Below, one piece after another: positions 25,574-39,533 of a stretch of 64,000 nucleotides of DNA. Positions within the stretch are counted from its first letter, which is position 1. Every line of letters begins with the position of its first letter. A model generated the notes under the pieces. The model had not been told where the DNA came from, did no database searches, and saw only the letters and a program-made list of their open reading frames with translations. The stretch spans positions 2,852,001 to 2,916,000 of the forward strand of contig OZ024747.1 in assembly GCA_964016885.1 (NCBI GenBank). The letters run 5' to 3'. Source of the DNA: Eledone cirrhosa. Taxonomy: Eukaryota. A program made the translations under genes and the position numbers.

Positions 25574-25775
25574 ATAGGAACGAGTAGGACCCCGACGGCT
25601 GAGCTCAAGCCGTTTCGACGGCTAATTCTGGACTAAGTCCAGAATTAGCCGTTGAAACGGCTTGAGCTCAGCCGTCGGGGTCCTACTCATTCCTATTACC
25701 CACTCTACTACCCTAAGTATTGAGTACTTTGGTGCGTTATGGTCCACCTGGTTCCTTACCACATTTCCTTCGTTA
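25574..25775. mobile_element. Fold-back PLE-derived element (61-bp palindrome arms + tail) containing the 3' half of a hammerhead
   Basis: 25574-25634 pairs with 25636-25696; GAAA-CGGC(ttgagctca)GCCG-TC. Related copies at 16201-16372 and 38691-38742, all in (TA)n. Confidence 0.8.
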
Positions 25776-25900
25776 TATATATTGTTATAGTAATAATAAT
25801 AAATGTGAAGACTAACATCCAAAGAGGGCTCGATAAGGATAAATATATACCAAATATATAAGAACCGTAGAGCAAATATTTATTAAAATAACATTAAATT

Positions 25901-25943
25901 TTAAGCAAAGAATCACTGCTTTCATCCTTAACAGGATCTTCTG
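25901..25943 (-). ncRNA. Hammerhead remnant, 5'-truncated at (TA)n
   Basis: CAGAAGA-TCCT(gtta)AGGA-T-GAAA-GCA(gtgattctt)TGC-TT; 5' strand of stem I lost. Confidence 0.55.
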
Positions 25944-26176
25944 TATATATATATACATATTTATATACTCAACATTTGATAAGATGAATTTTACTAAAAC
26001 ATTGAAACCGGTAATACTTTATATACTTTATATACATTATAAAACTCTTTTTTAAAAGAATTGTCCTTCTCATTTTTTCAATAATGTCACTTTGACAAAT
26101 CAAAGAAAGGAAAAAAAAATGAAAAATAGACCCTAAAATATATTTTCCGTGCTATTTCCAACTTCACCTTTTCTCC

Positions 26177-26300
<124 letters not shown>

Positions 26301-26458
26301 ATAAATATATATATATATACAGACCTCAGATTGCTGAAGCTCATGGTGAAGATGACGAAGGACCGTGACAAGTGGAGAGATGCTGTACTAAATAGGACCC
26401 ATCCCACCCATGCAAGCAGGGAATAGCAGACGTAAAATGATGATGATGATGATGATGA

Positions 26459-26501
<43 letters not shown>

Positions 26502-28682
26502 GCATTATTCAGTATCGGTAGAGGGCTGGACGCCATGCTTTCTAGCATAGTTACGTCCCTTTACGGTTTGAGTTCAAATCCCGCTGAGGTTAACTTTGCC
26601 TTTCATCCTTACGGGGTCGATAAAATAGAGTACCAGTAATGTACTGGGTAATTGCTGGCCTTGTGCCTAAAGTAGAAACAATTATCAATATTATTACTAT
26701 CAAAGTTTTCACAAGTGTCACTAGAGTGTTTAGGTGTATTTATTTCATTTCTTTCCATGCTGAGTTCAATTTTTCTTTTCATTCGTCCAGGATGAATATA
26801 ATCAAATAATAATAGTTACCCTAAATGTGAGACATTCTGCCTATGATAGAAATTATTGTTTACTCAAATTTTACTGAGAAAAACATGTGAGAATAAAGAT
26901 ACTGATAAAAATGACAGCAAATGGGGAAATGAGTAAGGGAGACAACTAGTACAGGTTTAACTGTAGACTAAATGCTAACTTCCTCTCTCTCACTCTCTAT
27001 CCTTCTCTGTTAGAAATCTATGTTCACACCTGGAGAGGGTTGAGCTCTGTCAGGCTTAAAATGTCCTAGAAATGCTGTATGCCAATGCAGCACCTCTATG
27101 ACTCCCTCATGAGTTATTTGACCAGGGTGGATTGGCAGTATCGGTAGACGGTTGTACTCTATGCCTTGCAGCATAGAGTTACGGCCCTTTACTATATGTG
27201 TTCAAATCCTGCTGAGGTTACTTTGCCTTTCACCCCTATGGGTTCGGTAAAATAAAGTACCCGTAATACACTGGGATAATTGCTGGCCTTGTGCCAAAAG
27301 TAGAAACAATTATTTTCCTATAATCTTTCTAAATATATTATGTTTTTATTTATCCCATTAACTTAACGCAGATAAATACAGTTAACTGCTAGACTTTCCC
27401 TTAATCAGGGGCATCTAACAAAGGTTATTCATCCTGATTGATATGAGAAATAACAATCAACTATATCAACCCATGGAAGAAGGAAAGTCTAAGTTGGCAG
27501 GATTTGAACTGAGAACATTGTGACAAAATAACAGAAAGCATTGTCTGATGCACTAACAATTTTATCAATTTACTCCTCTTCTCCTCCCTAGATATCAAGA
27601 CTAATCAACACTAATTAATGAATTGTAATTAAAGAAACAGAAACCTTGATAATATTCACATAAATAAAGCATAATTAATTCTCATTGCTTTCCAAACTTT
27701 ATTCAATGATAACAGCTTAATTATTTATAAAAAAAACAAAACATATTAGATTATACGTATAGATTAATGAATACCAAATTATTAGGAATTTGAGAAAAAA
27801 CAATTTCAGATATATTTTTCTATATTGGAGAAAAAAATTATATTATCTCTTGCACATTATCTTGAAAAAAGGTAAACACTTTTAATTCAGAAATAGGAAG
27901 ATAAATTGCTTATTAATGTTGAAAAAAAAAATGAGAATTAATATTTTTGCAAGATTTCAAGATGGGAGCATTAAATCCCTAAGGATTTGGTAATTATATT
28001 TAAAAAGAATGTTTAAGAAGTTTAGAAGATTGTATTTATCAAGGTAAGAAGCAGGGTCTCCAAGAGAAACTTTGCAAGGCAGTACAAGACCCCATTAGGG
28101 CCCAAAGCAGGCAAATATTTTTCTCAAAATGGATATTGCATGGTTGCAGTGGGGTCTTCTTAACTCTTGGGTCCCTGATCAAAGTACCAGCTAGCCACCC
28201 CACCTCTCATAGGCCCTCGGAAGAAAAGCTGTAAGCAATTGAACAAAGGCATTTCAAAAAGATAGACAACACATCTACATTATCAATTTTGTTGAAATAT
28301 TTGATTGCATAGCCAATACCTTAACAATGGTTTCTTATATAGGCACAAGGCCAGCAATTTTGGGGGAGGGGAAAGTCGATTAAATCGACCCCAGTGTGTG
28401 ACTGGTACTTTATTTTATCGACCCTGTAAGGATGAAAGGCGAAGTTAACCTCAGCGGGATTTGAACTCAGATCATAAAGGGCCGTATCTCTATACGTCAA
28501 AGCATGGCGTCCGACCCTCTACCGATACTGCCAATACCTTAATAATTGTTTCTGCTTTTGGCACAAGGCCAGCAATTATCTCAGTGTATTACAAGTACTT
28601 TATTTTATCGACTCTGTAAAGATGAAAGGCAAAGTTAACCTCGACAATGGAGACATATAAGCTAGATAATATGTATTTTAAC

Positions 28683-29090
28683 TTTATGGTAGGAGCACAA
28701 CTGATATCCTTCTTCTTTTGAAAGATCTGCAAGAAAAGTACTTTGTTAAGAGTAAGCCTCTTTACCTGGCATTTGTAAATCTGGAGACTGCTTTTGACAG
28801 ATTTCCCTGCTCTATAAATTGCTGGATGTTTAGAAAGATTGAGAGACAAGTGCCTTGTGAAAGCTGTACAAGTTATGCATAGAAGGGCAACAAACAAAGT
28901 GAGAGTTGGTAATGATTACAGCATGCAGATAGAGGTCAGCCAGGGTTCAGTCCTCAGTCTGGTTCTATTTATCATTATTCTTCAGGTCATAACAGAGGAG
29001 CTTATGTCTGGTTGTCTATAATATTTCCTGTATACTGTTGACCTAGTCCTCAGCTGAATCTGTGCAAGTATTGAAAGCAAAATTCAGGGA
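28683..29090 (+). pseudogene. RTE-clade LINE reverse transcriptase fragment
   Basis: GRSTTDI..LQEKY..KPLYLAFVNLETAFDR..KVRVG..QGSVLSLVLFII..(Y)TVDL, with frameshifts and stops. Confidence 0.85.
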
Positions 29091-31382
29091 GATAACTGTT
29101 GTAAAACAATTTCATTTAACGAATGAAACTAAAAAAATAGCCAAATTGAGCCGTTAATGTAAAGAAGGGACATAACTGGTGCTGACATGAGAATATTCTC
29201 AGAAAAACATCTATTCCTTTTGTTTGGGCTTTACTAAGTTTAACAATCAGTGAGTTTTTCTTTATGATTGCGGTTTCCAACCACTCAGTTGAAAATGAGT
29301 ACCAGTAATAACTGGGGGGTTTACACTTGTGATAACCATTGGCTTGATGAGCCTCTGGTCTTGAGACAGACCTCTGAATGGTGGAGCAAAGGAATGGGTC
29401 AGGTGACTATTTTATATTGGGGGAGTTCTCCAGTACAACCTGACCCCAATATTCACAGATCTTTGTCATTTCTGTTGTAAGATTCAGCTTCTTAAGGTTG
29501 ATCTTCACTACTTCATCCCATCTTTTCCCATGTCTACCACATTTATGAGTCCCACCCACTGATATTTCTCTTCAGTTCTTTATACAGTCGTTTCTCATAG
29601 TCATCCTAATCCCTCCCTCCATCTCTCTCTCTCCCCCTCTCTCTCTCTCTCTGTTTCTCCCCTTCTCTAGTTGTACAATCCTGGTTTTGTGATACAAAAC
29701 TGCTTGGTTTTAAATGTTTAATGCCGAGGGTGCTGCAGGAATCCATCTCCAAATGCATGAGTCAATGTTTCATCAGGTTTTGAAGAAATTCTGTAAGTGT
29801 TACCGTCCATCATAATTTTATGAAAGAACCTTTATAATCTTAGTGAAGCTGCAATGGTTAGGATGCTGGGTTTACAATCATACTGTCATGGATTTGAATC
29901 CAAGACAGCAGGCTTCATTGTTTTCTTGAACAAAACACTTTATTTCATGTTGCTCCAGTTCACTCATCTGAGAGTGAGTAGCAGCAGTAGCTGGGGAGTT
30001 AATCCTGCGATAGACTGGCGTCATGTCCAGGGACAGTCTTGTACTCTCAGTCACCTAACACCAAGAAAACCCTGGATAATTACTGGCTTGACACGCCTTC
30101 ACCTTAGACAGACTTTAACTTAACCTTGTTATCTTATAAACACCAACTTAATATTTAGGAAGCTAGCTATATTATTGAATCGCTCTTTATTTTTTATTTC
30201 TTTTGAAATTAAATTTTTTTATATTCTAACCAAGGTTAAGATTAAAATTTCTTCTTAGTATGTCACTGAATGGAGTCAGTTTAGAAAGAATATGGAAGGG
30301 AAATAACTCTTCTGTGCTACGTTTTCTAAATACTTATTTCAGTAGATTTATATAAATGTGTTTGCATACATACACATACGTCACAAACACAGGAAATCAC
30401 ACACACACACACACAGATATACACACACATGTCTAACCCATGCTAGCGTGGAAAGTGGACGTTAATTGAGGATGATGATGATGATGTCACAAACACAGGA
30501 AATCACACACACAAACAAATACATACTCACACGTCACAAAGACTAACACACTAACACACATTTTTGCACTGCATTTAATAATCTGTTAATAACTGATTCA
30601 CATCAACACAATATGTATTAGTTTTTACCAAATTAAAGTATCATATACACAGCATCTCTTGTTCTAGTTCAGATTTATAATTATATACATGCTGCCGCAG
30701 AAAAACCTCACATACTTTACACGACTGTTAACATGTGGGAGGTATTTTTGCCACACTCTGTATATATATATATCATCATCATTTTACGTCCGCTTTTTCC
30801 TGCTTGCAAGGGTGGGACGGGTCTATTCAGCACAGCATCTCTCCACTTGTCACGGTCCTTCATCATCCCCTCCGCGACCTTCAGCGATCTGAGGTTTGCT
30901 CTCACCACCTCCGCCCATGTTTATATATATATATATATCAGTTCTGTATGAGCAAGACATGGCCACCTGATCTGGCATTGCCCACAACAGGCCAACCCGT
31001 CTAACCCATGCTAGTGTGGAAGAATGGACGTAAAACGGTGATGATGATGATGATGATAGGCAGTAGAGGTGCAAATGAATTGTGTCCACAGGTGGTATGC
31101 CAAGATGAGCGCTCGATGCTCGTGGGGAGCAGCGTATCAATAATTGTTTCTACATTTGGCACAAGGCCAGCAATTACTCCAGTGTATTACTGGTACTTTA
31201 TTTTATCGACCCCGTAAGGATGAAAGGCAAAGTCAACCTCGGCGGGATTTGAACTCAGTCCGTAAAGGGACGTAACTATGCTGCAAAGCATGGCGTCCGA
31301 TCCTCTACCGATACTGCCAATCCACCGCCCTATATATATAATAATAATAAATAGGGAACAAAGAATCAGGGTTGCATCATAT

Positions 31383-31485
31383 ACATATTTAATTACGTAA
31401 CATATGTTTCACTGTCGATCAGCTCGAAGAACAATCGATTAATGATCGAACCTGACTCTGGAATTGGGAGCTCCTCAGATATGTG
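31383..31485 (-). ncRNA. Hammerhead-like motif with long stem II
   Basis: CACATAT-CTGAGGA-(~60 nt, GCT...AGT closing)-GAAA-CATATG-TTA; homologous to 41348-41430. Confidence 0.55.
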
Positions 31486-31871
31486 TTCTCACATGTAGAC
31501 TCACGTCCGTGGTTGAATTGTTATGTAATCATCATCATTTACGTCCATTGTTCTACCCTTGTGTTTCAAATATATATTCAACAATTCATAAGTCTGCTGT
31601 CACATGTGAATAAATATAATGATGCTATAGTGATACTTCGTTCCTGCTCTGTATCAGTAGGGTGTTGGACACCCTGCTTTGTGGCATAGAGTTAAGGCCG
31701 TTTACATACTGGGTTCAAATCCCACCAAGGTTATCTTTGCCTTTCATCTTTACATGGCCTATAAAATAAAGTACCAGTAATACACTGGGGTCAATTTAAT
31801 TGACTTTCTCCTCCCCCCAAACTGTAGTCCTTGTTCCTAAATCAAAAACTATTATTATTATTATCATTTGT

Positions 31872-32060
31872 AATACTTTTATTCTGGCAGATGTTACACT
31901 GACACTATACCAAAAGAGCAAGCCCATAGCCAATGGCGAACGTTCCTTTGGATCATTCCTTCTCCTTCACCTTTCCAACACCCTTCTTAGAATCTTTGCT
32001 CTCCCTAGCAAGGTTGTTTTCTACAACAATCCTCTCCTAGTTTCTCAAGCCATGTATCTA
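31872..32060 (+). pseudogene. Possible degenerate PLE RT fragment upstream of the 32214 hammerhead
   Basis: Frameshifted FILADV..YTDTIPKEQA..FL resembles PLE RT motif A (DVxSLYTxIP). Confidence 0.35.
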
Positions 32061-32213
32061 ACCCCTTACTATTGTTTAACGCCCATACACAAAACGCCAG
32101 CACCAACAGTTTTGCAAGAGATGTCAATATGAATGGACCTGTTATTTTTATTTAAAGACATTTTTTCCAATTCCAACCCGCCCGTCCCCTCAGTCTATCT
32201 TATTTCTCATTCT

Positions 32214-32250
32214 TTCTTCTGATGAAGGACTAGCATCTGAAACGTTAAGA
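32214..32250 (+). ncRNA. Minimal type I hammerhead ribozyme in a PLE pLTR-like fragment
   Basis: TTCTT-CTGATGA-AGGA(ctagca)TCT-GAAA-CG-TTA-AGA. The same tail recurs at 58529-58640 (+, truncated inside the HHR) and 16105-16175 (-). Confidence 0.7.
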
Positions 32251-32377
32251 CCTTCTTCCTGCTATATCAAGCATTAACCTAATATATCCCTTCCATATAC
32301 TGTACCGATTGTGTTGTTATTTCTGTTTACCTTTTACATATATATATACATGAATGTATGTATAGTATATTTGATAA

Positions 32378-32696
32378 TATAGCGTATGTTTAATTAAAAA
32401 CATTTTGAAGACCGGTCGCTATGAATTTTAAAGTAGTGACTATGTCATTTACTCATTCTTGGTAAAAACAAAGAGGAGTAATCAGCTCTTAGACATTACT
32501 GGAGTTCTATAAGAATCCAATTTCTATAATTCTCAGCAGAAACAAAGGGGTGAGTAGTCTTGATAACTGCTAATGAGCGAGAAACAGGACTATCGATTAC
32601 TCCCCTTTGTTTTTGCCAAGAATAAGTGACATATTCACTACTTTAAAATTCATAGCGAATGGTCTTCAAAATGTGTTTAATTAATCATACAGTATA
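32378..32696. mobile_element. MITE-like element with ~110-bp imperfect TIRs, probable TA TSD (Tc1/mariner-like)
   Basis: GTATGTTTAATTAAAAACATTTTGAAGACC..GGAGTAATC pairs with GATTACTCC..GGTCTTCAAAATGTGTTTAATTAATCATAC. Confidence 0.65.
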
Positions 32697-32953
32697 AAGC
32701 TAGTATGTGTACGGGAGATAGCTGTGTGAAGAATTACTTTTAAGTGGATGTAGATTGAATAGCACTACCTTCATATCTTGGTTAACAGAATACCTTTCAG
32801 TGAGAGATTTAAAATGACAAGACTGATGCTCTTGAGACTGCAGGTTTTAAATTTAGAGATTTCCTTCTCTATGTATACATAGAGCCTTTCCTTATGATTT
32901 CTTTTGAATGAAACAGTTCTAGTCTTGTAGAGGCCATTTCTATATTAAACTTG

Positions 32954-33037
<84 letters not shown>

Positions 33038-33062
33038 GAAGTGGTTACACAACAGTTAGTTC

Positions 33063-33120
33063 ACCATACCGAGAACAATTGTTTCACCTTAGCGGATCCT
33101 CAGCTCGTAATGGACATGGT
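33063..33120 (-). ncRNA. Type I hammerhead ribozyme
   Basis: ACCA..CGAG-CTGAGGA-TCCGCTAAGGT-GAAA-CAATTG-TT-CTCG..TGGT; palindromic stem III. Family also at 37789-37922. Confidence 0.75.
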
Positions 33121-33210
33121 TATACCTAACTCGTCTCATGGACTGAGTGCTCTACCACTAAGGATATTACCTTCCAGTGTTCTACCACTATATATATATA
33201 TATATATATA

Positions 33211-33570
33211 AAATAGAAAACGAAAAATCAGTGATGCATCTGAACTCAATTTATTGTGTGTTACAATTGTTTCGCCGGCGGACAGCTCGAGACGCGATCA
33301 TTGTGTGGATCTGTCTGATTCTGGACCTGCAGGTTCTCAGAGAATATGCTCCGATATCATTAGATGTGTCCGTTGAACCTGCAGGTCCAGAATCAGACAT
33401 ATCCACACAACGATCGCGTCTCGAGCTGTCCTCCAGGGAAACAATTGTAACACACAATAAATTGAGTTCAGATGCAGCACTGATTTTTCGTTTTCTATTC
33501 TATCATACTCTGCTCTGTAATAGCATAGAGTGCTCAACCGGCATACCGCCTATGAAAGCATCTTAGCTAC
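33211..33570. mobile_element. Inverted pair of a small HHR-bearing (long stem II) PLE-derived element between (TA)n tracts
   Basis: 33212-33336 is the reverse complement of ~33375-33500 (few mismatches). Each arm carries GAAA-CAATTG-TA; the plus arm continues into a tail to ~33570. Confidence 0.8.
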
Positions 33571-33576
33571 CATCAG

Positions 33577-33630
<54 letters not shown>

Positions 33631-33657
33631 GCATGCATATATAATATATATATATAA

Positions 33658-33701
<44 letters not shown>

Positions 33702-33708
33702 GCATATA

Positions 33709-33820
<112 letters not shown>

Positions 33821-33833
33821 TATATATATATGC

Positions 33834-33922
<89 letters not shown>

Positions 33923-34531
33923 CTTATGTACATATATACATACCTATGTGTCATAGATCAAAGTTCCCCTTTACTCACAGTATTTATGTCCACCTATTTT
34001 CTCAGAATTGCTTGATGTCCCCCTCCCCTCTCTGAATATCATGTTCTTTTCATCTTAGTTTGTAGCATTGCCATATATTGTAAACATAGTGACAGTTATT
34101 AATGTCAGAATATGGATTTTACTTTTCCTCATATATAGAGAAAAATCATTCTGGGATTTCTGCTACTTCAGTAAATCCTTCTCCCCTCCTGCAGTCCCTC
34201 ACAGAAGTGTGATGATACACCCACAGATTTAACAGTAACAACTACCTTTATAGTAGCTAGGAAGTCTTCTATATATTTTTACCAATGCATTTCATGTGTA
34301 TATATATATATATATGTGGGTGTGTGTGTATATATATATGTGGGTGTGTGTGTATATATATATATATGTGGGTGTGTGTGTATATATATATGTGGGTGTG
34401 TGTGTATATATATATATGTGGGTGTGTGTGTATAATTATATATAAGTTGTAGTGCACCTCAACACTGTACTCAATAATTTTCATTATTACATATAAATAA
34501 TCTATATTTATGTACATATATATACATATAT

Positions 34532-34589
<58 letters not shown>

Positions 34590-35822
34590 TAGCAATGACC
34601 TCAAGTCACTGAAATGTAGAGAGGACTGGGACTTATAAAGGTGAATAAAAGAAAATGGAGCTTGCAAGCCCCAATAATGCTTCACAGCCAGACCAAGGAC
34701 ACCGTGGTTAAAAAATAATACTGGTTCTCTGACAAAAGCACCCAGTCCACCCTGTAAAGGGGTAGTGCTACAGCTACTAAAATGCTCCCAGTACATATCA
34801 TAAAGTAGTTGGTGTTAGGAAGGTCACCCAGCCATAGAAACCATGCTCCCGGTACATGGTTTAAAGTAATTATTGTTATGAAAAGCTTCCAGCTGTAAAC
34901 ATCATGCTCCCATTACAGCCTGTAAAGTGGTTGACATTAGGAAGGACATCCTCCAAAATAAAACAAACCCAAATGAAGCATGTAAGAAGGTCATAGTCAC
35001 CTGACCAATCTAGCCTCATCACATGACAGTCATCTAACCCATGCAAGCATGAAAAAAGAGGTTAAACAGCTAGCATGGAAGATGGACATTAAACGATGGT
35101 AATGATGATGATGATGAAGATGATATATATTGCTCTTTCCCACATCCTGTAGCAAAGATGAGGGTCACTGCAACCTTATTCAAACAGAATAAAATTATAA
35201 AGTACCAGGAATTCAGTGCACCACTTTCTTCAGGCTGTGACATTTGAGATGTTTCACTGTATGGATCTTTTAATGAGGTTTTTGTCAGTATTGGTGGCCC
35301 ATCTTGCCAATGTTTCAGGTGATGTGAGGGTACTTGGTTATTCCATTACCTTAGCCTTGCTGTCACCCACAGCAATGTTGTAGGTGTGTTGGCTTATTTA
35401 GATAATTGTCAGAGGGAAACCAGTGCCCCTTGCTGCAGCATCTTATTGACAGTGTTCCTATATACACCTATATTTACCACTTTTGTTTCCATCTCCTCTC
35501 TTTTTATTTGATGTCACTGTCTACACAGATCCAACACCTGGGTATTTAACACCCTAGGCTAGCTCCACAAAGTGTGTCTCCTTCTCCAAAATAAAATAAT
35601 CTCAAGTAAACACATTGGCAAGCTGACAAACCTATTTTTTGATACTTACTTCTCTAACCAGAAGAAGGAAATTACTAAGCCTGAATTTTCTACTACACAA
35701 TCCACACACACCCATGACAAATCATGTTACACCACTTTGGATTTTCCCACAATGTTGCTATACAAAAAAGATGTTTAATAATTTATTTATTGATCACAGC
35801 AAATTATTATATATATAAGTTA

Positions 35823-35990
35823 ATTAGTTATGTAATAAACAACATAAGATAATTATTTCATTTACCAGTGGTTTCTTGAAGACAGACACAACATCTGTCT
35901 TCAAGAAACCACTGGTAAATGAAATAATTATCTTATGTTGTTTATTACATAACTAATAAGCTCTGTAGCCTACATAGAGCACTCTTTTTT
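35823..35990. mobile_element. Perfect 64-bp-arm palindrome containing the 3' half of a hammerhead, plus tail
   Basis: 35823-35886 pairs with 35894-35957, loop CACAACA; GAAA-CCACTGG-TA. Confidence 0.75.
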
Positions 35991-36721
35991 CATATACCTT
36001 TCTGACCGAAATACTTCATTTATAAGTTAATTATACAAATTTGTATAAAACTGTGACCCTTAACTGTTCAGTAACGCACTTCTTTGTGGTTTGTGCCCTA
36101 GGCAACCACCTAATTGACCTTAACTGCTAGAAATAGCAACCAAATCTTTTTTTTTTTTAAGAAATGAAAAGTTCCATATTTGATAATGTAGTCTGAAATG
36201 AAGTATGTTTGAAAAGACAGAATAACCATGACTTGAAATAACTTTGATCATAAATCTACTCAGTCAGAACTGAATAGGAGTTGAAAAACAGCAAAATATG
36301 TGGCATTAATACATTCATTTATCAACTCTGCTTTTCCTTTGACTTTCAATGCTATATATTTAATGTTGAAGCTCAATAACTAAATACATTCTATAAAGAC
36401 TGACAGTTTCTTTTACTTATGTAACTGGCAAGGCTCTCTCATCTACTAAAGACTTAAGGAAAAGCTGTGATGTAACTGATACTAGCAGCAAACACAGAAA
36501 CATCTACTACATAACGACTGATTTATCTGCTTTCAATCTTTGTCAACTGCTGCCCAGTTCAATCAAAAATTGTATTTTATGTAGAAAAGAACTTTTTATC
36601 AAATATTCTCAACACATCATTATATCCATCCTATTTACCTTACTTATTAACTTTAACAACTGGAAAGTTTTATCTATAAAAGACATAAAAATTATGTACC
36701 ACATTTTTGTATGTTATGCTC

Positions 36722-36948
36722 GTATGTAAGTGGACGTGGAGGTGCCACGATAAAAAAGCACCCAGCACTCACTATAAATGAGGTTGGTGTTAAAAAGGGC
36801 ATCCAGCTGTAGAAACCAAGCCAAAATCAGTTCTGTATGAGCAAGACATGGTCACCTGACCTAACATTGCCCACAACAGGACAACTAATCTAACCCATGC
36901 TAGCGTGGAAAAATGGACGTAAAATGGTGATGATGATGATGAGGATGA
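36722..36948 (+). mobile_element. SINE family C body with RTE-derived 3' tail and (GAT)n
   Basis: GGTTGGTGTTA..GGGCATCCAGCTGTAGAAACC...AACCCATGCTAGCGTGGAAAAATGGACGTAAAATG(ATG)n. Copies near 1268, 2620, 14545, 22540, 30938, 34740, 42730, 54290 and 63140. Confidence 0.78.
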
Positions 36949-37324
36949 TATATGGTTATTTATAACTATTTATTGCTATTTTAGAAATTACCTGCCTTTG
37001 AAGAACTCTCATATATTCTATCCATGATCACTCTGTGAGAAGCAGGTGAAATTTCAGAACAACAAGACTCATTATTTAACCATAATAAAATGAATATTTA
37101 AACTCAACTTCAGGAATCAAACATTTCGGCAAGATGTAATATATTTAGTAAGTACCAGACTTGGGAGAAAAGTTCTGGGTTTATAATAATCAACTAAAAT
37201 CTTTCAAGGTGATGCACCAACATGGCTACAGTCTAATGGCAGAAAACTATGAAAGGAATGATGGGTTTCCTTACAATATATTTATGAATGAGTCAACTTT
37301 TAATTGTAACAAAAGATATATTTT

Positions 37325-37549
37325 TGTCGCATCACTAGTCTGAGGAGCAGTTCGATACAGGAGTCAGGTCCATAACTCCTATGAGTTTCCTTGAGCCAAT
37401 CCTCTGTGAAACGCGTCGATACAGGTCGATACGCAATAAATATTTTTCCTATGTAAACAAAATTCCCTCATTTTTTCTCTTATATACATTCTGCCTGTGT
37501 ATAGAGTGCTTGATTTGGTACCAACACCAGTATTTCACCCTACTACCTA

Positions 37550-37550
<1 letters not shown>
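37325..37550 (+). ncRNA. Hammerhead-like motif with long branched stem II plus tail ending in (TA)n
   Basis: CTGAGGA(37340)-GCAG...CTGT-GAAA(37408)-CGCG-TC; internal hairpin AGGAGT/ACTCCT. Stem I is weak. Confidence 0.55.
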
Positions 37551-37612
<62 letters not shown>

Positions 37613-38457
37613 CATATACATAAACTAGACAGAGCCATAGATATATATATATACAGTGCCTTTAATCTTATAGTCTTGTTTCATTGATATTTTGTGTGGT
37701 TGATTGATGCTGATTGGGAGAGGAAATACTGTAAATATTTTATCAAATGATTCTATGGACGTACTTTCTTGTATATATATATATATATAAGTAGTAACAC
37801 AACAGTTAGACCATTTGTTCTCGGTATGGTGAACTAACTGTTGTGCTACTACTTCTACCAAACTCGTCCCATGGACTGAGTGCTCTACCACTATAGATAT
37901 TACCCTCCAGTGTTCTACCTTTATATATATATATATATATATATATAAATATATTGAGGAATTTGAATTTGTATATAGGTATATAGACACTGTAGGCAAT
38001 AGATAAGGAAGGAAAGATATAGCATTTCAGATTTTAGAATGATTATCAATGAACTGAAAGTGTTTTTCTTCATATTCACCACAACATATTAAATATTTAA
38101 TTTTTATTTTATATCTTGTATAATAATGCTGCCTTATATTTTGATATAATGTTAGTTTATATATTATAAACAAAGCATTTTGTCACATGCACTTTATCAT
38201 AAAGTTATTCAACTAATTTATATCTGTTAAACATGCTATGATAACAATTTATGTATTTTGATCAAACTTGTTTCCTTATTTAATGATTAAGCTGAATTTT
38301 CCTCTGTCAGTTAAATCAAATAACTAACATAGTTCAAAGGCATAACTCTCGTTTTATGAAATCATTATATCAATTAATTTTCCTTTTTCATTTCTAAAAT
38401 TTCATCTCAATTTTTTTTATTGCAAAATTAGTTTCCACTAAATCTTTGTATTCATGC

Positions 38458-38535
<78 letters not shown>

Positions 38536-38590
38536 ATAAATATATGTAAATATATATATGAATATGCACAAACACACACACATATACATA

Positions 38591-38692
<102 letters not shown>

Positions 38693-39533
38693 AGGAAAAG
38701 AGTCAGAACCCTGACAGCAGAGCTCAAGCCGTTTTGACAGCTATATATGTATGTATATGTATATATGAGTTTTAAAATTTATTTTGAAAAATTTCTCAAC
38801 AAATTATTCTACAATATGTTTACATCGGGCAATATAAGAAATAATGTTAAAGGCCTTAAATATTTCTATTTCATCCCAGGAGAAAATATTGTGCTATTAG
38901 TTCAAGCTTGTTACAACATTCAAACTATTTTTCATGTCACTACAAAATGTTGATTTGATAATGTTTTTAAGAGGGACCGTATTTGAAACACATGACTCCA
39001 TAAAAGCTCATCACAAAGTATTAACATACACACACATAGGTTTATATATATATATATATATATATAAATATATATATAGACACACAGATATCCATACATA
39101 TATTTAGCATTTGATGTGGGTCTTCTATTGTTAGCATGCATCATTATATAATCTTGGTAATTTACTTAGCTGCCTTATATATATAGCCAGCTTTTGGGGT
39201 AACCTTGACTATATACACATTTCATCAAAAGATTTCATTAAATATCATCATCATCATTGTAAACAATTATTTCTTAACAGAAAACTGTCTAAGATATTTA
39301 ATTGTTTTATCAATAATGATGAAAATAAAGGATTTATGAGAGGGGTTGGTGTTCCCTATATTTTCAGTTGACTTATATAATCTTCCCAACCCCAACTTAA
39401 TGGACTATATTATACCCCTAGTCTCTCAAACCCATTTCCATCACTATTTCTAACCAAAAATGTATGTCTGTTTTATTTTATCAACTGTGGAAGAATGAAG
39501 AACAAATTTGAACTGATAAAATAGTACAAATAC

